Origin: Heterodontus francisci
Taxonomy: Eukaryota
Assembly (NCBI RefSeq): GCF_036365525.1
Contig: NC_090404.1
Span: 3,410,001-3,474,000 of the forward strand
Direction of reading: 5' to 3'
DNA: 64,000 nt
The first letter of the stretch is position 1. Every line of letters starts with the position of its first letter. The notes beneath the pieces were generated by a model, which was given only the letters and a program-made list of their open reading frames with translations, did not search any database and was not told where the DNA came from. Below are positions 24,774 to 38,347 of this stretch, piece by piece. A program made the translations under genes and the position numbers.

Positions 24774-27700
24774 TGTTACGACCAGGTGAGAAAGAGGTCC
24801 AGCGGGTCCCTTTCAGTCTTTGCCTGGTTTAATTGTAATAGGGTTTGATTTTATTAACACGGTGTTTTAGCTCCCCTTCAGTGAATCCTTGTTCACTGCT
24901 TTCCAATTGTAAGGCAAAGAAATCAATCCAACAGGTTTTCTTAGATTTAAACACGAAAGGTGGAAGTTTATTAACCTTAAACTTTAATCCAGTTAACGAC
25001 AATGAATACTCGACACGACCACATTAGCATGCATAGCGATAAATACGCACGCAGGTAGAGACAGAAAAAGCAGAAAGAATAAACGGGAAAAGTCTGAGGC
25101 AACAGAATCATAGAATCATAGAAAGTTTAAGGCACCAAAAGAGGCCAATTGGCCCAACGTGTCTGTGCCGACCGAAATTTTAATCCCACCTTTCAGGATT
25201 TGGTCCATAGCCCTGCAGCTTACAGCACTTAAAGTGCATATCCAAACTCCTTTTGAATGAGTTGAGGGTCTCTGCCACAACTATCCTTTCAGGCAGTGTG
25301 TTGCAAACCATCACCACTTCTGGGTGGAAAAGGTTTTCCTCATCTCCCCTCTAATTTTTCTGCCAATTTCTTTAAATCTATGTTCCCTTGTCACTGACAT
25401 CTCTGTCACGGTGAACAGACCCTTCACCTCCTCTCTCTCCAGGCCCCTCAAAATTTTGCACATTTCAAGCAGATCTCCCCTCAGCCTTGTCTGTTCCAAG
25501 AAGAACAAACCGAGCGTATCCAATCTTTCCTCATAGCTGCATTTTTCCAGTCCTGGCAACATCCTTGTAAATCTCCTCTGTACCCACTCTGGTGCAATTA
25601 CATCCTTTCCGTAATGAGGTGAACAGTACTGCACACAGTACTCAGGTTGTGGCCTAACTAATGAGTTATACAGCTCCACCACAGTCTCCCTGCTCTTGTA
25701 TTCTATACCTCGGCTAATAAAGGAAAGTATTCCATATGCCTTCTTAACCATCTTATCGACCTGTCCTGCTAACTTCAGGGATCAATGAACATTCATTCCA
25801 AGGTCCCTTACTTCCTCTACAAGTCTCAGTATTTTCCTATGAATCGTGTATTCTTTTGCCTTTTTTGACTTCCCCAAATGCATCACCGTCCACTTCGCCA
25901 AGTTGAATTCCATTTGCCAGTTTTCTGTACATCTGACCAAGCCATCAATATCTTCCTCCAGCCTACAGCTATCCTCCTCGCCATCTACCTCATGACCAAT
26001 AATTATGTCGTCCTCAAACTTCTTCATCATGCCTCCTACATTTACGTTCAAATTGTCAATATGCCCCACAAAAATCTGGGGACCCAGTACTGAGCCCTGT
26101 GGAACGCCACTGGAAACAACCCTCCAGTCGCTAAAACAGCCAGCAACAATTACTCTTTGTTTCATGCCATTGAGCCAAATTTGTATCTACCTTGCCCTGG
26201 ACCCCATGGGATTTTTTAAAATTTAATGTATTTTTTTAGTCTGCCATGTGGGACCTTGTCAAAAGCCTTACTAAATTCCATGTAGATCACATCAACATCA
26301 ACTGCACTACCCTCATCTATCTTCCTTGTTACTTCTTCGAAAAAGTCAATCAAATTGGTCAAACAAGATCTCCTCTCAACAAATCCATGCTTACTATCAT
26401 TGATTAACCTGTGTCTTTCTAAGTGACATTTAATCTTGTTTCTCAGAATAGATTCCAATAATTTGCCCACTATTGAGATTCGACTGACTATTCGGCCCAT
26501 CCATGCCTCCGTTTTTAAACAGAGGTACAACATGAGCAATTCTCCAATCCTCTGGCATCACACCTGTATTCAGCGAAGACTGGAAAATGATGGTCAGACC
26601 CTCTGCTATTTCCTCTCTTGCTTCCTTTAACAGCCTAGGATACATTTCATCTGGCCCTCGTGATTTATGAACTTTCAAGGATGCGAATCCCATTCATACT
26701 TCCTCTCTCCCTATATTTATCACATCCTATACTTCACAGTCGTCCTCCTTAACTACAATATCTGCATCATCCCCCTCGTTTGTGAAGACAGACAGAAAGT
26801 ATTCATTGAGAACCATACCAATATCGTTCTCTCCAATACATTGGTTAAATTTTTGATCTTTTATGGGCCCTACTCTCTCCTTAGTTATCCTCGTACTCTT
26901 AATGTATTGATAAAAACATTTTTGGGTTCACCTTGATTTTGCTTGCCAATATTCTTTCATGCCCTCTCTTTGCTTTCTTAAATTCCTTTTTGATTTCGCC
27001 CCTCCACTTTCTATACTTCTCTCGCATTCTGTAGTATTGATTTCTCGGTGTCTGACATAAGCATTCCCTTTCTGCCTTATATTACCCTGTAGGCTCCTTG
27101 ACATCCATGGGTTGGTAGATTCGGCAGCCTCACCTTTTTCTTTGGGGAAATGTTTACACTGAACCCCTTGAATCTCCCCTTTGAATGCCTCCCACTGTTC
27201 TGACACTGATTTACCTTCAAGTGGCTGTTTCCAGTCCACTTTCGCTAAATCACTCCTCAGTTTTGTAAAATTGTCCTTGCCCCAATTGAAAGTCTAACTC
27301 CTATTCTATCTTTGTCCTTTTCCATAATTATGTTAAAACTGACTGAATTATGATCACTACAACCAAAATGTTCTCCCACTGCCATTGCTTCCACCTGCCC
27401 ATCTTCATTTCCTAAAACTAATCTAAAATTGCGCTCTCTCTGGTTGAACGTGCTACGTGCTGGGCAAAACAATTTTCCAGCATGCACCTCAAGAATTCTT
27501 CTCCCTCAATTCCTTTCACACTAAAACTATCCCAGTTAATGCTGGGGTAGTTAAAAATCCCCTACTATTACTGCCCTATTGTTCTTGAACTTCTCAGAGA
27601 TTTGCTTACATATCTGCAGTTCTATCTCCCTCTGACTGTTTGGGTGTCTATAGTACAATCTCAGCAGTGTGCTTGCCTCTTTTTGGTTCCTTAGCTCAAT

Positions 27701-30700
27701 CCATATGACCTCATTTGATGAGCCTTCCAACGTATCATCCCTCCTCACTGCTGTAATAGTTTCCTTGCCCAAAATTGCCACTCCCCCTCCTTTCCTATCC
27801 CCTTCCCTATCGTGTCTGAAAACGCTGTAACCAGGAACGTTGAGGTGCCATTTCTGTCCCTCCTTAAGCCATGTTTCTGTAATAGCTATGATATTATACT
27901 GCCACGTGTCTGTCTGTGTCCTCAGCTAATCTGCTGCCTTATCTGTACTCCTTGCATTGAAATAAATACCCTTGAGCACTGCCAAACACTTTTATTTAAA
28001 AATTTTCTAACCCTCATTTCATCGGACTTCCAGACTCATCCATTAACTTTCTGCCTTCCATTTTCTTTTCTGATTTTGTCCCAGCTGAGTCTACCTTCAG
28101 GTTCCCATCCCCCTGACAAACTATATAACCCCTCCCCCACAGCACTAGCAAAACGTCCCACATGGAACTCAGTCCTGGCTCTGTGTAGGTGCAAACCATC
28201 CAGCCTGTACCTGTCCCATCTGCCCCAGAGTCGGTCCCAATGTCCCAGGAATTTGACGCTGTGTGTTTACAGTCCTTTGAGTTCAATATGGAGTATTTGG
28301 TTGCCGGTAAGTCTTGCTGTTCGTTGGGGCACATTTACGCTTTAATGTGTTTCGATGTTGGACTCTTCTCTCTTGAGGTTTAAGTGACTTCAGTGGGTCT
28401 GGAGGTTTGTAAGAAAGTGTGAGAGAGCCAGCCAGGAGAGAAACTCTCTTTTTCCAGGTTCATTTGCAATCTGCAGTCTGTCTTCACACTGTCCTGTGTC
28501 TAGTTAAAAAAAAAAGCCTGGGCCAGCCAGTTAGTCATGTGACCAGCTGGTTTAACCACTCCTGCGTTTGTGGATTTTCCATCTTAGCAGACACTGGAAT
28601 GCAATCTTTCTTACACCTTCAATGTCTGGTGATCATAATCCATTTGGGTTAATTGGACCAGGGAGTAGTTGCTTTGTCTCTCCAAGAAATGTCTTTTAGT
28701 ATTTAAATGCCCTCCAGCCAACTGTCTGGTAATGACTTTAATCAAGTCATTTCTTCACCCCAGTAACAGTTTAAAATTAATGTACATATGACGAAATTGA
28801 TATGCTTCATTCTTGGCACATGTGACGAAATTGATATGCTTCATTCTTGGCACATGAGACCTCCACACCCAGCAGAATGAAACGCATTTTTTTTAACAAG
28901 AGCATTTCATTAAAAGGGACTAGAGAGAAGATAAGTACAGGAAAACACCCATGCATCTCTCTCATTCATTCAGATATCCTAACATTTGTTGCAGACTGTC
29001 TTTTCTTGGTAGCAGTGCTACGATAAGCTGCCCTTTTTGGCATCCCAATAAATATGTGGTTTATGGGAAAGTTTTTCAGTTTGCATATTTCTATGACTGC
29101 CTAGGGTGTCTTTGTTCTTGTTGAGGTCTGCAGGTGGAGGGTTCGATTTAACTAGACCAAGGTTGGAGTTCTGCTCATGGGCGGAGGCAGTGGGCGATTC
29201 CACTCTGATCTCTCTTTCAGTGCTTTGATTAGTCATGCAAGGGCTTTTCACGTTAGGAGATGGTTGGTTCAACATTTTCATGACTGTGGGGGAGGATTCT
29301 TTGCTAAACTTGCCTGTATCCTCTGGGACACACCTGCTTGCTGGGATTTGCCCAGATTCTACTGCACTCCCCTGCGACACTTCGACTAGATGAGGCATCA
29401 TCCTCACGGTTTCTCTACCATCTTGAGGACTTTCTTTGTCTCTGCAGGTTCCTGGAAATGTTGTTAGCAACTCTGGTAGGTTGCTTCTAGTGTCTGCATT
29501 TACATAGGAGGATGTGGCATCGAATTGTTCAAAATTTTGCAGCTGGCTGACCAGACAGTAGGGTTTTACATCCAGGATTCCTCCTGGACTTCCGTTAGCC
29601 TGCAATCTTTGTCCCTTTTTCTCCTTTCCTTTCTATCCTTTAGCCAGCCTTGTGCCTGCCTGTCTCCTTTTGTTCTCGGCAGGGGTCCCTTACGGTTCAT
29701 TAGCCCTCTGCTGGAGGATCCTCCAAACACCGATACAGGACGTAGTGGTGCAAATTTCACTGGAGGTTGGGGTCTCACCTCGACCTGGCATATGTGGCAA
29801 CTCCTACAGTACTCCACCACATCTTTGTGGAGTTTAGGCCAGTCAAGCTGCTGTCTTATGCGGGTTTTGGTTCTTTGTATACGGACATGTACAGCCATTT
29901 TTTATATATTTTTTATTTTTTATATTTCTGTCTAGTACATCTGTGGCACCACTAACTGGTAAATCACTATCTACTCCTTGCTTTCAGGTCTGTGAGGAGA
30001 ACTCCACTTACTCATCAGTACCTCATTCCTTAATTTAAAAGTAGCAATCAGGGACTCTCTCTGCTTCAATTTCAGACAGGGCAGCCTGTGCTAACTCTCT
30101 GAATACTGGGTCAGCTTGCTGAGCCTCAGCTAGGGAAAATCCATTTAACTCATTCCCTGGGTCTTCTAACTTTCCAAAGAAAGCCTTGGACAGACAGACC
30201 TCATGGTCATCTGCCTGCAGTGCTAATTCAGTCAACTCTCGGGGACCTGGTTTGATCATGGCCTGATTTATTACACATTCAGGAAAACTGCAGGGGACCG
30301 TCTCCTGCCACTACCATGTCTCTCTGACCTTATGCGGTCTCTCTTTCACCACTGAGGAAGCTACCACCTTCGTCCCTGCCAGATCATTACCTTGGAGCGG
30401 GTCAACTCTATCAACAGGCAAACTAGGGACAATCCCTACGGTCAACGATCCCAAAACTAGGTCGCACTCCAAGTGCACCCGGTGTAAAGGTACAGGCAGA
30501 CACTCCCCTCCAATACCATTCACCACAATTCTGGTGTTTACTGGACTCTCTAGGGGGAAAGTTCAGGCCTTTTCCCAGTAAAAGGGATCTAGTGGCCCCT
30601 GTGTCCCTGAGAATTATAATGGGCGTGATGGCCCCACCCTTGGGGTATGGAGTTACTCTCCCTTCAGACACAAATCCCTGATAATCTTCAGGAGTCGTAA

Positions 30701-31877
30701 TAAATTTTCCTGCACTTGCAGCCATAAGCTTCCTGGTCTCACTGTTACTGCAGTTAAAGCCACAGCTTGCTGTGCTGTGCTTTCCATTAGGGCCCCTTCT
30801 CCGTCACTGAGTGGGAGTGCCCTGATTAACCCTACAGGTTTTCCATTTACTTTCCAGAAATCAGCTCTTGGATGCCCTGCTTTATTACAATGGAAGCATA
30901 CAGGTCTCCGGGGGTCACTCCTACTTACAGCATCTTCCTTCTTCACTGGAGGACAGCCCCCTGCGTCCCCTGCTTTTCTTTCCCTCCCAGGACTGCTTGG
31001 GCTTCTAGCACCTTTCCACCCTTTGTCCTATTCGGATTTGTGGGTGTCATTAGGAAAGGTTTCACTATGTTTTAGCTTCCCCTCAGTGAATCCTTATGCA
31101 CTGCTTTCCAATTGTAGGGCAAAGAAATGAATCCAACATTTTCCTTAGATTTGACCAAGAAAGGTGGAAATTTATCAACCTTAAACTCTAATCTGGTTAA
31201 TGACTATGAATACACGATGCAACCACACTCGCATGCATATGCGATAAACACACACACAGATAGAGATGGAAGAAGTAAAAAGAATAAAGGGGAGAGTTTG
31301 AGGCAATAGATGGGTGTATTTACAGTCCTTTGAGTTCATTGTCGAGTCTTTGGTGGCTGGTAAGTCTTGCAGTTCATTGGGGCCCATTCACACATTAACT
31401 TGTTGCAGTGTCAGAGTCTTTTCTCCCTTGAGGTTTAAGCAACTGCAATGGGTCCGGAGGTTTGTGAGAAAGCGAGAGGGAGCCAGCCAGGAGAGAGGTT
31501 CTCTTGTTCCAGGTTCAGTTGCAATCTGCAGTCTGTCTTCAAACTGTCCTGTGTCCAGTTGAAAAAAAAAGCCTGTGCCAGCCAGTTAGTTATGTTACCA
31601 GCTGGTTTAACCACTCCTGCTTTTGTGAATTCTCCATCTTAGCAGACAGTGGAATGCGAGCTTTCTTACACATTCATGTCTGGTGATCAAAATCCATTTG
31701 GGTAATAGGACCAGGGAGTAGTTGCTTTGCCTCTACAAGTACCGTCTCTTAGTACAGTCAGATGTCTGATGATCTCTTTAAACAAGTCATTTCTTCACTC
31801 CAGCAACAGTTTAACGTTAGTGTTCATATGATGAAATTAATATGCCTCATTCTTGGCAGGTGGGTGTTTTCATGACA
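24774..31877 (-). mobile_element. Gmr1-like Gypsy LTR retrotransposon, internally deleted, 4-bp TSD CCAT
   Basis: TGTTAC...ATGACA ends; CCAT at 24770-24773 and 31878-31881. LTR copies at 24774-25104 plus 28258-28858, and about 31063-31877. Knuckle CFHCNKAGH, protease ILRDTGAT, integrase Zn-finger WPKLHKDVVEYCRSCHICQ directly after the protease. Confidence 0.9.
25105..28257 (-). mobile_element. CR1 LINE nested inside the left LTR
   Basis: (AGAATCAT)n tail at 25105; RT fragments 25311-26693; APE endonuclease 27551..27781 (WIELRN...YYRHPNS...IVGDF); LTR sequence resumes at about 28258. Confidence 0.9.
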
Positions 31878-33337
31878 CCATAAAAAAGCCAAACCAAATG
31901 AACTGAGGTTCATTTCTACTGGGGTAGCACTGAAAAGCAGAGACGTAATGTTCAACTTGTTTCGAATCTTGATTAAACCACATTTGGGAGTACTGCAGAT
32001 ATATCTGTTCTTCTTATAAAATGATATAGAAGGCCTGGAGAAAAGGCAAAACAGATTCCCACAAATGATACCAGAGCAGAAATAATATACTTATCAGAGA
32101 AGGTTGAGAGCTGGACTGATGAAGGTCAATAAAATTATGGAATGGTTTGATTGGGTACATGTAGAGATCTTGTTTCCACTTCTGAGGGATCCTGAGGGAG
32201 TCCGAAACTATATCCAATATAGATTTCAATAGAAACTTATTTTTCCAGAGATTAGTTAGCATGTGGCACTCACTACCACAAGAAATAGTTTAAGCAAATA
32301 CAGATGCATTTAAGCTGAAGCTTGATAACTCTATGAGGCAGAAAGGAATACAAATTACGTTGATTGGTTAGATGTAACGGGTTCAGAAGACTCCTGTGGA
32401 ACATAAACACCAGCATGGATCAGTTGGCACATTTTATGGAATGCTGTGTACAATGTACAATATTTAATTGAGCTTGTTAAGCTGTAATTGCCATGGTAGA
32501 GGCTCTCAACAGCACCTCAACTGGGGGTTGGGTGTAAGTCCAGTGTGGCAAGTTTACATAGAAAGATTCCGTTGAAACATGGCAATGGGAATTTATAATG
32601 GAAATGTGGACTGGAAGTAGCACAAAGTGCATTTAGATCTTATAGATCCTTAATGTATTAATATGTGTGTTGCACTTTCGCGTGTGAAAGCAAAAACTTT
32701 TATATCAGTTTATCACCTCATATTTAATCAGGAACTTCAAGAACCTGGTAACTACGATGTTTACATTGTAACTTCTCCTGCTGTGAAAACCATCATCCAT
32801 GTCTATGTTACCTCTGGACTCGACACAGCTCAATTTCTCTCCTGGCCGGCCTCCCACCTTACACACTCTGCATATCTTAATTCGCACCTAATCTGGTTCA
32901 CCCAGCATCTCTGAGATCGCTGATTGGCTCCAGGAAAGCCTGGATTTTATGATTCTCATCCTTGTAGGCAAATCCCTCTCTTCCCTCATTATGTAACCTG
33001 CTCCAGCCTGCAAACTTCTGTCCCTCCAATAGTCTCCTCTTGTGTGTCCACCACTTCATTTCTCAGAGTATTGACTGCGCCCTGTGCTCTGGAATTCCCG
33101 ACATGAATCTCTTCCCTCTGTCTCCCTCTGTTCCTGTCAGACGTTCCTTAAAACATACCAATCTTTCCATGCTTCCGGTCACCTGTCTTAATATCTCCTC
33201 GGTGTTTGTTCGATGACGCTTATGTGAAGTCCAATGGAACGTTTGAGACGTGAAAGTGAAACAGGTTATTGTTGCATCTTTCAGTGAGGTTCTGCTGCAG
33301 CTACGTCATATGACCCGGTTGGCAGCAGCGAGTGAAC

Positions 33338-33409
33338 AGTTTTTGTGCTGATTTGTATCACTGTGGTACGCACAGTCGTTAAATCTCCTTTAGCGCCCGC
33401 ACAATAACC
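33338..33409 (+). CDS. TRDD: TCR delta D segment (coding GTACG 33366-33370) with 5' 12-RSS and 3' 23-RSS
   Basis: AGTTTTTGT-12bp-CACTGTG-[GTACG]-CACAGTC-23bp-ACAATAACC. Confidence 0.93.
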
Positions 33410-33686
33410 TCCCAGCTACACAGAACAGTGGAAGGGCTCTCTCAACACCCCCGTGATAGTAACAACGCTTACCACACACTCCCCGAATCCTTACCGCTTT
33501 ACATTCTATTAATTTTGCAGTGTTTTCTCTCCTGAAGATGCATTGCTGTGTTCATTCTTTGGATCGCCGGATCCTAAAGTCATGTCCAGTTTATTCACTG
33601 GTCTTGTACGTCTGGAAAAAGGGGATGGGTAACTTGGAGATGTGGAAGAGACGTCAATGGATCTTGTTGTAGGATTAAACGGTGTG

Positions 33687-33749
33687 TAACATCTGGTGCA
33701 ACTGACAAGCTCACGTTTGGAAATGGAACCAGGCTGATTGTTGAACCCA
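33687..33749 (+). CDS. TRDJ: J delta 1 (TSGATDKLTFGNGTRLIVEP)
   Basis: GGATCTTGT-12-CGGTGTG; FGxG motif; GTAAGT donor; resembles mammalian TRDJ1 TDKLIFGKGT. Confidence 0.92.
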
Positions 33750-35454
33750 GTAAGTACCTAATCCTTGATATCGCCTCTCATTTGTTTCTCAGATTGCTAT
33801 TTGAAGTCGCGCAGTTATTTTGTTTTTACTTAGTAGTATGGGCTGGGTGGGAAGCTGACATTTGCAATCGGAAGCCAGGTGGGTTGAGCAACCGAGTAAA
33901 TAAAATTGTGTCTTCTGTTTCTCAATTCAGGACTGTTCAGCAGATAATGCAAAGTGAGTTTTTAAAAAAAATTTAAACTGGTAACTAGTTTTCAGCACCA
34001 AAACACAAGTGTGTGCGAGCAGGGAATATTTCTCTGACCCGGGTGTGTTACTACGAGTACAAGTAAAGAACAATTCTCAAGAGATTTAGAAGAGTTCCTT
34101 GCTCAATCCAACCCCTTTGAGTCTTTAAGTTACAATCTGACAGTTACAGCCGCCCTGAAACACTTGGCTTTATTCTCCAAGGCTTTGCAATACTGAAAGC
34201 TTGAAAATATTCTGCCCTCGTCTCTTCTTCATTCTAGACTTGCTGGTGGAACCGGTTCGAGCAAACTGTGGTTGTTCCCTAAAAGTCCTCTGAATGCTAT
34301 GAGCCGACGCTCACCAAATCAGTTATCTGGGGAACTTTCCTTTTAGGCTGATGATGGTACTCAAAATTTCGCCATAAATAACCTGCCAGAGATAAACCTT
34401 CATGAAGGTGTTAAGAATGTCGCTACCTATAGAATACCAGGATGATGCAGCCAAGAAAAAGGCCGTTTGCCCATCGTGCGGCTCTTTGAAAGACTTATCC
34501 AATTAGTTCATTTCTTATAGCCCTTCAAGTATTTATCCAATTCCCTTTTGAAAGCTGTTATTAAAGTTGTGACCATTGCATTCCAGAGTGAAATCAATAG
34601 ATGTTTTACAAACAACGTGCAAATGTACAGTTTACAAGTGTTGTAAGTTTTCTGAGCTAATGCACCGTTTAATGGATCAGGTTCATGAATGTTTGAAGTT
34701 TAAAGGTCACCTACATGCAAACACCAGTAAGAGTGCGAAGAGGGTGTTTGGAATTGGGGCCCAGTTGATGGCAGATACCACTAAGAACATGAGATATAGG
34801 AGCAGGAGTGGGCCCTGCGGCCGTTCCAGCCTGCTCCACCATTTAATATGATCATGGCTGATCGTCTACCTCAAATCCACTGTCCCGTCCATTCCACATA
34901 ACCTTGATTCCCTTAGCGTCCAAAAAGTCCATTCATTACCATTCTGAATATACACAACGACAGCATCCACAGCCCTCTGGGGTGTAAATTTCAAAGGCAG
35001 AGACGCCTCTAAATGAAGAAATGCCTCCTTATTCTGTCCAAAATGGCCGACCACTAATCCTGAGGCTATGACCAGAATATTAAAGTGACATTCTGAGATG
35101 CAAACGAATCCATTGTGTTTTGGTGCGTGTTATGAGCCTGAAATGGGAGGCCATGGCTTTGCTGCATATTCCAAGGGGAGGCAAAATCATGACAAGGGCA
35201 ATCCAGGCAACCTTATACCAGTATTTTATAAATGACAGTTTTGAGTTACACTTACAGGGGTGATGGCGATGTAGACACCCTTTGGTTCTATTGCTAATGA
35301 TATTAAAAGTGCAGTATTTTGGGAAGCATCTGAATATTTCATTCGGAGGCGAATAAGGGAAAGCTCACTATCAGTGTGGTTCTGATTTATGATGGGGCGA
35401 AATTACTTAAGAATAAGTGATCTTGGCGAAGATTGTAGGAATTTACAATTAACC

Positions 35455-35518
35455 CTTGACCTAAGCAAACTTCAGAAGATAATCATCGGCGGTGGACCTT
35501 GGTTAACTGCTGAGACGA
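35455..35518 (+). pseudogene. Degenerate J (QKIIIGGGPWLTAET)
   Basis: IGGG in place of FGxG, phase-1 GT donor at 35519, no recognisable RSS. Confidence 0.45.
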
Positions 35519-35605
35519 GTGATTATAACCATTTTAGGTTTAACGGCATGTAACCTCCGTGCCTGTGTATTAGAAAGAGTTTAGACATGGAAATTTATCA
35601 CGGTG

Positions 35606-35666
35606 TATAATAATATTTATAGCAAGTTAATATTCGGTAGTGGAACCGAAGTGACCGTGGAGCCCA
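35606..35666 (+). CDS. TRDJ: J delta (YNNIYSKLIFGSGTEVTVEP)
   Basis: Heptamer CACGGTG 35599-35605, weak nonamer; GTGAGT donor. Confidence 0.9.
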
Positions 35667-36762
35667 GTGAGTATAAACTATTGGTGGCTATTTGAGCAGA
35701 TTCATTTTGTGTGCAGAAGTTGCTGGACTTGAAAAGCGGGGGGTCAGTTGTTAATTGGCGTCCAGAAAAGTGAACCTAAGAAATTCTACAGTGAGGAAGA
35801 AGCGTGCCTTCTTCATTTGCACATGAAGAGGTCCTCACAAGACTAAATATCTCAAATGTACTAATAGTAATCAAGTGACTCTTGATAGCAAAATGCTTCA
35901 AAGGAAATTGATCATTTTAAAAGATATTTTCCCACTGCGCAGCCAATCGGAATAAGGTCGTGTTGATTGAAGCCAACGCACCTCCCTATGCCACTAAAAA
36001 CGCCATTCAAGAGTGGAGCCTACAGGTTTTCTGTCTTTGCTCCTCTTCAAAGTTCATATCTTCTCTTTGTCAAACTATTGCCCCGCATCCACATATCTTG
36101 TGTGGTTGAAAATATTTGAAACATAAAATTATATAAAGTCTACAGCACCGAAGAAGACCATTCATTCCACTAGATATATCTTGGTCTTTATACTTCACAT
36201 GAGCCTGCTCCCATCTACTTTATCGCACTCTATCAATATATCCTTCGATTGCTTTCTTTCTCCTTTATACAATTAGCTATCCCTTAAAGCTAACAATTCT
36301 ATTCGCCTTAACTACTCCCTGTGGTAGCGAGTTCCACATTCTCCTCGCTCCCTGGATAAAGATGTCTCGCCCGAATTCCCTATTGGATTTATTCGTGCCC
36401 ATCTTATATTTTCGTCCTTATTTTTGGATTCCCCAACAAGTGGAAACGTCTTCTCCACGGTTACCCTATGAATCCCCTTCCCAATTAAAAAGAAACGGCT
36501 TTTAGTTCAACACTCAGCCTTCTCCTGTCTGGAGAACAGAGTCCCAAGCTTGCTTAATCTTTCCCATTAGTCATAATCTCAGTTCTGATATCATCCTTGT
36601 AAATCTTTTTTTCACCTTCTCCAGTGCCTCTGTATTTTTGAAAACATGGAGACTAGATAATATTGTGTGGCGACCAATATGGGTAGTTATCGGTTTTACA
36701 GAATTCCGGTTGGCAAATTCTATGTGTCATAACGGGTTTCTACACAAAGATTCAGCACTGTG

Positions 36763-36823
36763 TTCAGTAACATAAGGAATAAGCTTACCTTCGGTAAAGG
36801 GGCGAAACTTGTAGTGGAAGCAA
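36763..36823 (+). CDS. TRDJ: J delta (FSNIRNKLTFGKGAKLVVEA)
   Basis: GGTTTCTAC-12-CACTGTG; GTGAGT donor. Confidence 0.92.
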
Positions 36824-37129
36824 GTGAGTATATAGTGTTTTAACCTGCACATGAGTGCTTTTAAGTCAAAGTATCCTGTTGATTATAGAGCCAAAGAATC
36901 TTCAGGAATAGGAGTACCATTCAATCCATTGTGCTTGTGTTAGCAGTTTCAAAGAGTTGTCCAATTGGTTCGATTTCCCACTGTTCGTTCCCCATAGCCC
37001 AGCAAATATTACATTTTCAAGAACATAATCCAATTTCGTTTTGAAAGCTGAATGGGTTTCCACCGCCCTCTCGGGCCGTGATTTCCATTACGTAACCACC
37101 CACTGCATTAAAAAAAAACATCCTCAAAT

Positions 37130-37262
37130 AAAAGCAAAATACTGCGGATACTGCAAATCTGAAATAAAAACTGAAAGTGCTTGAACTGCTCAGCAGGTCT
37201 GGCAGCATCTGTGGAGAGGGAAACAGACTTAACGTTTCATGCCTGTGACCTTTCAGGAGACC
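37130..37262 (-). repeat. Short interspersed repeat typical of sharks (Penelope-associated)
   Basis: AAATACTGCGGAT...CTCAGCAGGTCTGGCAGCATCTGTGGAGAG; recognised from memory. Confidence 0.5.
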
Positions 37263-38299
37263 AGAGCTAAAAAAAAAAAACAATCCTAATACCCCTTCTG
37301 GTTCTCATGACAATTACCTTCGAAAATGTAACTTTAACAGAGTAAACGGGTTGAAAGTTTTAGGTTTCCAGAAGCAAAACAAACGGATCAAAGGGGAATA
37401 CACTTGCCGAGTACTTCAGTGCAGAATTTTGAGCTGCTTGCTCATAGATAGCCGAAATTTGCTCAGGAACGAATTGAAAGCCTCTCAATATTGTTGCCAT
37501 ATTGTAGAAACTACTGCCTCTCGTTTTAATACATTAAAGACGTGCCTTCATCATTTGATGGGCTGAGCCATACTCGGTGTTCTATGAAGTGCAGTGGCGG
37601 ATATATCTGTGAGATGTCTATGTTCTGGGAGGTATCTCTCGCTCCAGCTGATATTGTGCAGGATATTGGGCGAACACCATTAAAACAATATGCAGAAATG
37701 TGAATAGAGCTATAGCAGAACCCAGTAAACAAAATGTAAGGAAATTGTCTCATGCACCCCTAGCCTCCCCACAGCGGCACCCCCTCCCCCACTTCTTGCA
37801 GCTGGCGTTGCCCCCAAGGCGGAAGGAGTGCACTGTTTATTCTAGTTCCACTTCTCCACAGGTCACAACTTATATTTACATTTTTCCCACTTACCGATAC
37901 AGTCAATCATAGACTCTATTTTTATCCCAGAATAAAACGCACCAACCAGATTGCTTTAATATACAACAACATTATCAGTTTATTTGAAACCAAGTCCTAA
38001 ACAGTAAAGAAACAAAGCATAAACACACAGATCGAAATATAAAAATGTCTGAACTTCGCCATTTGCTTGAGTAAATAGGAGCCTTGTGTATGCAGTACTG
38101 AATAATCATTTGGGGATAGATAAAGCAGGGATGCATAATTTCAGTTGCAAAATATTTATACAGGATAGGATTCAGTTTAATGTGAACATCGCATAGAACA
38201 CTGCCCACGATTTAATAAAAAACTATAGATTTTTTGAGTATTAGCTGGAATCTGTATCAGCTTCAGTGAAAGTTTTCTGTCTGGGTAATTGTTATAGTG

Positions 38300-38347
38300 C
38301 CAGTTTTGATGACAAACTCACATTCGGCAGAGGCAGCCAAGTGTGGC
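38300..38347 (+). pseudogene. TRDJ: J delta type A1, 3'-shortened (SFDDKLTFGRGSQVW)
   Basis: GTTTTCTGT-12-TATAGTG; lacks 3 codons of the G strand but keeps a phase-1 GTAAGT donor. Confidence 0.8.

Noticed and set aside
29018-29605. 195-aa ORF as a host or env-like gene
   Set aside because: Lies inside the deleted LTR element, with no signal peptide, TM segment or recognisable domain
37225-37262. Second hammerhead ribozyme on the minus strand
   Set aside because: GAAACGTT is present but the CTGATGA core is missing in this copy
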